Assembly (NCBI RefSeq): GCF_009914755.1
Contig: NC_060939.1
DNA from: the human T2T-CHM13v2.0 reference genome, Homo sapiens
Reading direction: 5' to 3' (one strand)
Length of the DNA: 64,000 bases
Below the pieces are notes generated by a model, which worked only from the letters and a program-made list of their open reading frames with translations, had not been told where the DNA came from and ran no database searches. How positions within the stretch are numbered: position 1 is the first letter of the stretch; the number at the start of each line of letters is the position of its first letter. Shown here piece after piece: positions 21,027 to 34,096 of this stretch. The translations under genes and the position numbers were made by a program.

Positions 21027-22419
21027 CTACCTTGCTGCCAGGGCTCTTGCAAAGACAGGCTTCACCAACCACCAGCCCACAGTTGGCCCGTCCCCAGGGG
21101 CTGCACACTAGCCTTATGGAAAGTTCCTCGAGTTCCCTGTGCGTCAGCTTCTGCCTGTAAAACAGAGAGAGTGCAAACCTACCCACCTTGCCAGCGGCCC
21201 TGAGCCCAAATTTTAAGCCCCAAGCACACAGCCCGGCCAAGGGTCGCTGCTCTGGAAATGCTGGTTTCCCTGCGCTGGCCTTCTCACTAGGTGGCCCTGT
21301 GAAAGCAGAGCCCCAGAAGAGGAGGGCGGCTGGGGACTAGTGGGGACCAGCGGGCAGCTAGTTGGCCTCAGCGGGCACCCCTGTGCCGGTGCAGTCCTTC
21401 TCACTACTCCCTCCACGGCACGTGGGGCCTGGCCCAGACCACTCCACAGTGGGGCACCCTGACTGGGCCTCAGGGGAGGTGAGGCGCCCCCCAGTACCCT
21501 CTGTTCTTGAGACAAGCTGGTGTTCAGCCGAAGCGAAGGCAGCACACCTGGTGATTACGCACACAGGTCTGGAGTCACAGCCGGGTCCAGATCCCAACAC
21601 TGCCACCCACCATCTGCAGCCTTTTTCTTAACGCTCCTGTTCTTAAAGTGGCCCTGCAGCTGGGGTTACCTTGCAGCGGGGCTGAGAACTGAGGTGAGGG
21701 AGGCTCCACTACCACCCGGCACGGGGCGCCTACCTGGACGCTGGCTACTGTTGTCGGCTCTGTGAACAGGCACACAGGGTTTCCTCCGGGTGTGGGATGG
21801 GGCTGCCCGGGATGGGGGTTGGGGATGCTGGAGCAGTGGGAGATGTCCCCTGCCTATCTCCAGTCCTGAGTCTGGGCAGCTATTAGCAGAACCTTGTTAA
21901 TGAAAATTCACACCTAGGTGCTAATAAACACTGGGCCACTCCCAGGCTCAGAGGCGGAGGAGAAGCCCTCTGCAGGGAAGGGGGCTAGCCAATGAGCCCC
22001 ACTTATCTGTGAAAAGACTTGCTAATAACTTTAATTCCCCATTCTAAAACGCAGGGCCTTTGCCATGCAAATAGATCTTCTAAGCTGTGTCGGCTCCAGA
22101 AAACTTCCCACTCTACCCCAGTTAGGGTCCTGGGAGGGGAGTGAGAGATGGGACAGAGGAGCAGGAAAGGGGGTGACCCGCGGAGGTGTGAGGTCCCACC
22201 CCGCTGCAGGCCTGACTTTTGGAGCCCACTCTGTGGCCAAGCGCCAGGCCGGGTGTGCCCTGCCTGGCCTGGACCCCTGAACTGCAGATCAGGGACTCGA
22301 TCCCACTCTGCATTACCGCCCCTCCTGGCCCGGGCCGGAGTACTGGAAGTGATCTCTGAAGCAGTTGAAAAACAAACCGAGCGGCATCAGCGGATGAACC
22401 ACGGATAAACCAACTGTCA

Positions 22420-22800
22420 TGTAGCTGAACAATGGAAGATTATTGGGCAATAAAAAGAAACGAAGTTCTGACACAGGAGGCAGCATGATGAGCCTTAAAA
22501 ACATTGTGCTCAGTGAAAGAAGCCAGACACAAAAGGCCGTATTTTGCGATTCCTTTTATATGAAATGTCCTGAAAAAGCAAACCTATAGAGACAGAGACT
22601 AGAAGAGTGAGTGCCAGGGACTGGGAGTAGGGAATAGTGAGGAGTGATGTTAACAGGTATACGGTTTCTTTTGGGGGGTGAAAACGTTCTAAAATTAGTG
22701 GCAATGCTTGCACAACTCTGTGGATGTACTAAAGCCATTCAGTTGTTAAAAGAGTGAATTTTATGGTATGTGAATTGTATCCTAATAAAGCTCTTATAAA
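22420..22800 (+). mobile_element. old L1 (L1M) 3' fragment
   Basis: ctcagtgaaagaagccagacacaaaagg... L1 3'UTR motif. Confidence 0.7.
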
Positions 22801-23765
22801 AACAGACACTGAAGCCTGTGTTTCAGACACTTGAAGGAGAGGAGGGGAGAACTGGGTATCTATCCATAGAGGGTAAAGGACGCTTGGCAGAGAGGCTACA
22901 CATCCCTTCTCCCCACCGCACCCTCTAATCATGACTGTTGCCCAGACACCCTGGCTGGATGAGGACACACTTTCTGGGCTCAAGCCTCCCGTTTCTTGCT
23001 CCCTGATGTGAATCCAGCCAATGCAGACAGGCACGCAACTGCCTGTGTGGATTCCGATGCAACCCCATGGGCCCCTCATCTCACCCCATCTAGGCCTGTA
23101 GGAGGTCATGGTTATATAAACTCAGGACCGCCACACCATTATTTATGTCTCTAAGCCACAAGGTGGGGAAACCAGAGAAAAGGCAGATGGGAAAATGCCG
23201 GCGGAGGGTGGGGGAGTTCCAAGGCCAGGATGCTCCCGTGCATGGAGAATAAGACCACAGGATGCAAGAAAATAACCCCTTGGAGCTGTTATCCCTCAGG
23301 CCCCAACATGTATGGAGCTGGCAAAATCCCACAAGAGCTGAGCGCTGGGACTCTGGAGGCCTACCTGGGCTTGAGCGCTGATCCTCATCCTTCTGTAAAA
23401 TGGTTACTTGAGTATAATAGGTACCTGATGTACATACAATAAATACTCAATAATGGAGTTGTATTTCTACACAGATATTTTGGTTTTAACCAGTTCCCCA
23501 CCAGGTTCAAAGAAAAGATGAGCAGATTCTACTTGCCGCTGCCTTCTCACAGGACGTCCCTCCCCACCCATTCCAGGCTCACCCATCTGGACTAGATGCT
23601 GAGCCAGGGCTGGGGGTAAGGCCAAAGGGGTCTGGGCCTGTGGGGGTCGGGGGGCTAAAGATTGCAAGAACCCCTCCCACCTCTCCCATGCTCTTCTTTG
23701 GAGGGAGAGAGGGAGCTCTGTGTCCACGGGTAGGAAGAAGAAATTGCCAACTGACACCAGTACAG

Positions 23766-23771
23766 TTTATT
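23766..23771 (-). terminator. MESP1: MESP1 polyadenylation signal
   Basis: AATAAA on minus strand about 250 nt after the stop. Confidence 0.75.
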
Positions 23772-24020
23772 CACAAATAAATAAATTCACATTAGGCAGA
23801 GCCTCCTGCTTGCCTCAAAGTGTCTAGCCCTATGGGTCCCTCCATGGAGGGAGGGGCTGAGAAGGGCCGCCGCGGTGGGGACGGCTCTCACCCGCAGGAA
23901 TGCCCCCGTCGGGATCGCCCGTGCCCTCTTCCAGGAAAGGCAGTCTGCCAAGGAACCACTTCGAAGGTGCTGAGGCCAAAAAGCCTCGGTGCTCACAGAG
24001 ACGGCGTCAGTTGTCCCTTG

Positions 24021-24104
24021 TCACTTGGGCTCCTCAGGCAGCCACTCCAGAGGCGAGAGGGGCATCCAGGTCTCCAACAGAGCCAGCACGTCGCCCGGAA
24101 GGAG
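24021..24104 (-). CDS. MESP1: MESP1 exon 2 CDS
   Basis: acceptor AG (plus-strand ct at 24105-06); LLPGDVLALLETWMPLSPLEWLPEEPK*; total 268 aa; 281-nt intron. Confidence 0.97.
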   Translation of the reverse strand, partial: LLPGDVLALLETWMPLSPLEWLPEEPK

Positions 24105-24385
24105 CTGTAGGGAGAGACGGAACAGCGCAGCCCTCAAGCACTGGTGGCCTTGTGCGGGTGTCCGCGCTCGTGGGCTCCACTCTCAGGGGGCCCCTAGCGA
24201 GGGGAGACCCAGTCCTCTGCGTGGCCTTTCCCTGCCTTCGCTTCTTGGAGCCCTGGGCATACTATGGTGGCCAGGTGGCCAGGCTGCCGGCGGGGAGCAG
24301 CAGGGTGCCTGGTCCTCACCTTGGCGGGCGGTGGGGCTGTGCGCGGGGGCACGGACGAAGGGGGCGCGGGGAAGGGGACACTAAC

Positions 24386-25108
24386 CGGGGACGGTGGGCT
24401 TGGCTCCATCGCCTGCCCTTCAGGGCACGCCGCCTCGGCGAACAGCGCAGGCGGGTCGCGCGGCTCGGGTGCAGCTCGGGCTCCGGGGCAGGCAGGCGGG
24501 GATCCCCAGGACGCCCCGGCGCGGACGGCGGATACCAGGCCCAGCCCGCGCCCCTGCCCCTGCCCCTCAGCCTGCGTCCGTGTCTGCATCTGCGCGGGGC
24601 AGTCGTCGGGGCACAGCGGGCAGCCCCGAGGGGACCCCGCGTCACCGCGCTGCCGGCACCGGCGCTGGAGACTCTCCTCGCTGAGGCCTAGCACGGCCGA
24701 CAGGTGGCCGATATAGCGGATAGCCAGGCGCAGCGTCTCGATCTTGGTCAGGCTCTGGCCCGCGGGCGCCACGGACGGCGGTAGAAAGCGGCGCAGCTCG
24801 TGCAGGGCGCGGGCCAGCGTGCGCATGCGCAGTTTCTCCCGCTCACTGGCGCTCTGCCTCTGCCCGCTGCCCAGGCGGCTGCTGCGCGCGCCGCGCCTAC
24901 CTACGGAGGGGGCGCGGGGGTCCCGGAGGGTGCCGGGCCGCGCGGGGCTCGCCACGGGGCTGTCGGCTGGGGTGCTGCCCCATGAGTCTGGGGACGAGAC
25001 GAGGGAGCGGCCGCAGTCCTTGTCGGAGGGCGGCGGCCGCCGAGTTGGGCCCCAGGCCGCAGAGAGCATCCAGGACTCGGAGAGCGGCGGGCACAGGGGC
25101 TGGGCCAT
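24386..25108 (-). CDS. MESP1: MESP1 exon 1 CDS (bHLH transcription factor)
   Basis: ATG at 25108 in Kozak context (gccATGG); 241 codons including b[31 protein letters not shown]...[15 protein letters not shown] and the CPLCP motif; donor GTTAG at 24385. Confidence 0.98.
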
Positions 25109-25149
25109 GGCAGCGGCGGCGCGTCTGGGGGCCGGCGGCCGGCGGCCGC

Positions 25150-25480
25150 TTTATGCCGAGCCCGAGGTGTGAAGTGGCCCCTTCCAGGCCGCATCAGCAC
25201 ATCAAAGTGGGCTCGGGGCTTGGAGGGGGCGGAGCCTGACCCTTTGAATCCACGGCGGGGGGCCAAGGTGCCAGCCCCTTGACTGCGCCTGTTTCGCCCC
25301 ACCTGGGCCCTCGCTTGGGCGCCCGACCCAGCCTCTCGGCCTTCCCGCCTGCGCCCAGTGTTGGGTGAAGCCCGGGGCGTTGGGCCAGCCCTGCAGGTTA
25401 AAGGAAGCGGGGTCAGAAAAACGAAATCTAGATCCTAGGTTTGGGGCCTGCCTTCACCTGTTGGGGACCTTATGCAAATT
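25150..25480 (-). promoter_or_regulatory. MESP1: MESP1 proximal promoter
   Basis: CATAAA TATA-like box (25150-55), T-box half site AGGTGTGAA (25165-73), TCF/LEF motifs ACATCAAAG (25199-207) and CTTTGAA (25242-48), GC box, octamer ATGCAAAT (25472-79); consistent with known T-box/Wnt control of Mesp1. Confidence 0.75.
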
Positions 25481-25917
25481 CTTAGTTCTTTTGCACCTTA
25501 GCTTCCAATTTGTATAATGAGAGCCTCAGGGCATGCGCCAATTGGACAGTGGAGTAGAGTAAGGACCAGGAGCAGGGACCCTCATTCCCTCTAAAGGTGG
25601 AGAAAACAGTAAACCACTTCTCCTTTGAGGCAGGATGGCCCTGGGTAGACCCTTCCCTGGTAAGAACATGTGGACAGTGCAAGGAAGCTTGCACCCCGGC
25701 AAATTCAATAAGCTGCCGAGTCTGGTCAGGATGCTGGACCTTCTGAGCAGAGGGAGGGGGTTAAGCCTGCTCCAACCCCAGGCCACCTCTAGCCTGGCAA
25801 GGTCTGGAGCTTGGCCTGTTGCCACAGCTGTCACCACTGGCCTTTACCTGATGTTCTGCCGCTATTGGACAGGTATAACAGGTTTTCCCAATGAAATGTG
25901 AGTGGAAATGACGCAGC

Positions 25918-26215
25918 AAAGGCATTTGACAAAATCCAACACCCTTCGTGATGAAAATTCTCAGCAAACTAAGAATAGAGAGGAATTTCATCAACCTGAT
26001 GAAAGGCTCCTACAAAGAACCTACAGGTAGCCTCATACTGAGTAGTGAAAGACTGAAATCTTCCCCCCACCCCCCGATTGCAGGAACAAAGCGAGGGTGT
26101 CTCTCTTACCACTCCTATTCAACATTGTACCAGATGGAGGATCTAGGCTATGCAATTAGGAAACAAAAGACATACAGGTCAGAAAGGAAGAAATAAAACT
26201 CTTTTCGCAGGTTAT
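25918..26215 (+). mobile_element. old L1 ORF2 fragment abutting the MRPL15 retrocopy
   Basis: gcatttgacaaaatccaacaccc (AFDKIQHP), typical L1 RT region. Confidence 0.8.
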
Positions 26216-26225
26216 GGCAGCTCTG

Positions 26226-27418
<1,193 letters not shown>

Positions 27419-27945
27419 GGCCAGGCACAATGGCTAACACCTGTAATCTCAGCACTTTGGGAGGCCGAAGAGGGTGGATCGTGAGATCAGGAGTTTGAGA
27501 CCAGCCTGGCCAACATGGCGAAACCCCGTCTCTACTAAAAATACAAAAATTAGCCAGGCATGGTGGCAGACGCCGGCAATCCCAGCTACTCGGGAGGCTG
27601 AGGCAGGATAATCGCTTGAACCCGGGAGGCGGAAGTTATGGTAAGCCAAGATCGCTCCATTGCACTGCAGCCTGGATGAAATTTCACCTGGCCCCTCAGG
27701 AGTTTGAGTTTGCACCCTGGTCTTAATAGGTACTTCGTGCATGGCTATCTGCTCTCCAGCCAGACTGTGAAGTACCTGGTGTCTGGGTGTCTGGCATCAT
27801 ATCTTTACCTGTTTTCAAGCGGAATGGTTTCTTTCAGTGCCAGATGTCTGATTTTTTTTTTTTTTTTTTTTTTTGAGACAGGGTCTGGCTCTGTCGCTCA
27901 GGCTGGAGTGCTGTGGCGCAATCTTGGGTCACTGCAACCTCCGCC

Positions 27946-28451
<506 letters not shown>

Positions 28452-28890
28452 GTGTACACCAAACCACTCATCGTCCCCTCCCTCCTCCACCCCCTTTCCT
28501 CCCTACCCCTCCACTCACCCCTCGCCCATCTTCTCTGCTTAACTGGCCTGGTTCTCAGCAATACCAGCTTTCTTCATGGTATGAAATTGCAGGGATTCCC
28601 ACTTCACCTTCTCCTTCCAAGCCGTCACCAGATGACATCCCTTCTTTCTGTATTTTCTTCAGGTCCACCTCTTTCTTTGCTTTTCTTTCCATTACCCGAA
28701 TCCAGTCTTTCTCCCAACTTCCTTCACCCAGTCTAATCTTCTGTAGGAAACATTTCTTCCATCTTCCCTTCAATCTACATTCTTTCCTCTGGCCTCCAAG
28801 ATCTCTGGAATGTGGATCCTCTCAGCCCTCAGGCTGTCTCTGCTCTGGGACACAGACCCCTTGGCACATGAGACTTGTCTTCCTCTGTTT

Positions 28891-28928
<38 letters not shown>

Positions 28929-29008
28929 CCAAGTCCCACCTCTCTGCCGTTGTCCATGCCACTGCCCCACCCTGTAGTGCCCTCATTCCTACTTAGCAAG
29001 CTTTCTAA

Positions 29009-29296
<288 letters not shown>

Positions 29297-29513
29297 TGAA
29301 CCACTGTGCCCAGTCCCAGCCCAATTTTTACCTTTGATGAAGCTTTCTCTGAACTTTAGTATGGTAGTTTTCCAAACTATTTGTCTTCTTGTTCATGCTC
29401 TTATGTTTTAAATCCTAATTGTTTCTAGTAGATTGTAAACTCCTTTGGAATAATGTCAGTATGTAATACTTTGTTACTTATCCAAGCAGTACAGGACACT
29501 CAGAGTTGATTAG

Positions 29514-29735
<222 letters not shown>

Positions 29736-30522
29736 TAGATATGGGGTTTCATCATGTTGGCCAGGCTGGCCTTGAACTCCTGACCTCAAGTGATCTGCCC
29801 GCCTCAGCTTCCCAAAGTGCTGGGATTCCAGTTTTGCTGGTCTGATGTTTTGCATTCCCCCATAGCTTCCAGCCCAGTGAGCCTGATGGGTGAGCTGGTT
29901 TGTAGCGATGATGGCCCCATGGCATGGTACCTTCTCCCTGGGCATGTCTCCCACCCCTCCTTCCTGGGATCTCTTCTGTCTCCTGCTGTTCTTGGCCTCC
30001 TCTGACACCTTCTGTTCCTCCTCCTCTGCAGTCTGTCCCAGCAGCCCCAGAATGCCTATGCCCAGGATCACATCCAGGAGAAGCAGTGCCAGCCAACCCC
30101 TAGAGTGGGGAGAAGGGGAGAAGCCCCCTCCCTGTGCATATGCCCTAGGATCCATCTACACCCAAGGACAGCCTGGCCCAAGAGGCACTTCCTCAGCCTG
30201 CAGCTGTCAGCAGAGCCCACTCCTGGACTGCAGCAGATGGATGCCTTCCTGGGCTCCAGAGCCAACTCAGGAAACTGGCATGGGGGCCCAGTGACTGGGC
30301 CTCTTTGATGCCACTAGGCCCCAAGGGAACATGCGGTTGGGAATTGGTAAAGTGTTCTGTGTGCCGGGGTGGGAGTGGGTGCAGAGAAAAGGCCAGAAGG
30401 CGGCCGGGCATGGTGGCTCACGCCTGTAATCCCAGCACTTTGGGAGACCGAGGCAGGTGGATCACCTGAGGTCAGGAGTTCGAGAGCAGCCTGGCCAAAA
30501 TGGTGAAACCCCATCTCCACTA

Positions 30523-30684
<162 letters not shown>

Positions 30685-31368
30685 TCAAAAAAAAAAAAAG
30701 AAAGAAAGAAAGAAAGAAAAAGAAAAAAAGAAGAGAGAAAAGAAAAGAAAGAAAAGAAAAGGCCAGAAAGCAGAAAGGCTGGACCTCAGGAGGCTCCAGG
30801 TGCCCTGTGGTCCAGGGACTGCTAAGCCTCTCAATGCCAAGAAAGCCCTGATTCTCGCATGATTGTGACTTCATTTCGTAGCTTTACTTGAGTAAACTCA
30901 GAATGACCACAAACTCGTGTTTTATCTTCGTATCTTTATTTGCAAGTAGAGCATTTGCTTTACACATAGTTACAAAGTCAACACGTGCAGAAGGTAGAGC
31001 AAACCTGTTTACCATCCTGCTCTGGGGCTCCCAATTGCCTGTGCCAGAAGAAACCGCCATTACTGGGTTGTCAACAATGCTTTGAAATGAATTTGGTTTT
31101 GGGTTTTTTTGTTTGTTTGTTTATTTTCTTTTTCTTTTTCAGGGTCTTGCTCTGTCACGCAGGCTGGAGTGCAGTAGCGCAATCTTGGCTCACTGCTGCC
31201 TCGATCCCCTGGGCTCAGGCAATCCTCCCACTTCATACTCCTCAGTAGCTGGAACCACAGGCACCGTGCATCACCACACCCAGCTAATTAAAAAATATTA
31301 TTTTGGACCGGGCGCAGTGGCTCACACCTGTAATCCCAGCACTTTGGGAGGCCAAGGTGGGTGGATCA

Positions 31369-31799
<431 letters not shown>

Positions 31800-33502
31800 T
31801 AAGTACAAAATCAACTACACATATTTGGACAAGAGACCATATGTGTGGGAAGCACACTTTATGTTGAAACCACAGCCCCTAGAAGTTCTCAGATCTGAAA
31901 CCTAATAGCTAATGTTAAGTGAGCACGTGGGAGCCACCAAGAGATATGGAGCAGGAGAGGGACATCAGGAATGGCCTGTGACAGGAAGATCCCTCGTGTC
32001 ACCACTGAGGTAGGGTTAGAAAGGCACAGGGGTGAGTTGTGGAGACAACCCACAAATATGGCAAGAGAGAGGTGGGGCAGATGGGAAGGTTCTATCCCCA
32101 GTCCCGTCTTTGGGGTCTTCAGCCCTCAAGGCTGACAAATTGAAGGGAACACATGGAGTCCCTCCCTCCCCTGGGGTCTCTGGGAAGTCGCCCCAGGGGC
32201 CCAGCTGGTGCAAGGGCAATGGTCAGTGGGCCTGATGGAACCAAGTTAAGGGATGGGAGGCACCCCAACCTGAAGCCCAGTCCCTGCCGCCTCCCACCAG
32301 CCAGCCTCCTCTTCCCTGTCCCCTGCCTGTCTCCCCTTTGATCTCCTTATTGTGGCCAGCCTCTCCGGTGGGTTCATGTGGGGGCTGCCTGAGTTAATGA
32401 GTTCTCCGGGCGGCAGGGCCCACACGCTCTCCCACTGGGGTGAGGCCTTCACACCTCTGGGGCCTGTGTTTTGACAAGTGCCGGAGCTAGTGGCCTCTGC
32501 TCCCCTGGCCCGAGCCTACCCTCTGCCAAACGTGTAAGGCTGGGAAATGAGGCCTTGGGGCAGCCCCACAGGAGCAGAGGTGACAGAGCAAGCTGAGGCC
32601 AGCATGGGGGGCAGGCTGGACAGGGCAGCACCCTCTCAGGCTCAGGCCTGGACCTCAGCCTCCCCACTCTACCCAGCCCGCTTCTCACGCCAAACCTGGG
32701 TCCTGGGCACTGCCCGGCCCCCCTCCCAGCCCCAAGGCCCTCATTTCCCAGCCAGTCCCTCTGACATAGGAGTACTAATCAGAGGTGCTATGTAAATCGT
32801 CCCCTTGCAGACCCTAATCCTGTCCCTGCCGGAGCCAGAGGCCCCAGGAGAAGGAAGCGGCTCTCCTACTGCCAGCCTACTTAGCATCTCCTGGGAAGCT
32901 CCTAATTTGGGTGTCCCCCACAGCCAAGGATCTTCCCGCCACACCTCTGCAGCAACCCTCTCAGGGGAGAGATTGTTAGTAGTGAAGCCTCCGCCTTCAG
33001 ACAGCCCAGGACACTCCTCTGGAGTCTGGCCAATGTGGGCATGAGGCCCTGCCTTGCCATGCACTACCTGTGCCACTTGGGCACCTCGCTCTCCATCTCT
33101 GGCCTCAGTGTCTTGTCTGTTGCTGTGCCACAGGGTAATTCCTGCCTTCTGGGCTGAGCATGTGCGGATCAACTCAGGCTGCATGGAGCGTGCGTGCACA
33201 CTACTGTCCCCCGAGGTCTGGCACTGGGCTGGAGCTTTGCAGGGTCGCTGCTCACACTCACAACACACTTTGATGTGGGTGTAGTGGCCCCCACTTTGTA
33301 GATGAGGAAACAGAGGCTCAGAGAGATTGTCCCACCTAACAGGGTGAGCAGGGGCTGAGCTGGCATCCATCTGTCTCTGTCAGAGGCCAAAGCCTCTGTT
33401 CTGTCCTCCCTATATCTCCCATGTCTCCTTCGGAGGATGAGTGGCTCCTTCCATCCTGGAGGGAGGTCCTAAGAGTGAAGGGGTTGGGGACCCCTCCGGT
33501 CA

Positions 33503-34096
<594 letters not shown>

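Larger units (their letters stand above)
23860..25400. other. CpG island over MESP1
   Basis: very GC- and CpG-rich by inspection; boundaries approximate. Confidence 0.85.

Noticed and set aside
19510-21240. Long His/Thr/Pro-rich and Cys/Val-rich ORFs (up to 512 aa)
   Set aside because: Products of a stop-poor CA-rich minisatellite that is open in most frames; no splice or promoter support.
24194-24385. 304-aa MESP1 ORF as given in the track
   Set aside because: It reads through the intron; canonical splicing yields the 268-aa protein.
23900-25302. Multiple antisense or alternative-frame ORFs over MESP1 (similar ones over MESP2)
   Set aside because: Expected from stop-codon scarcity in CpG islands.
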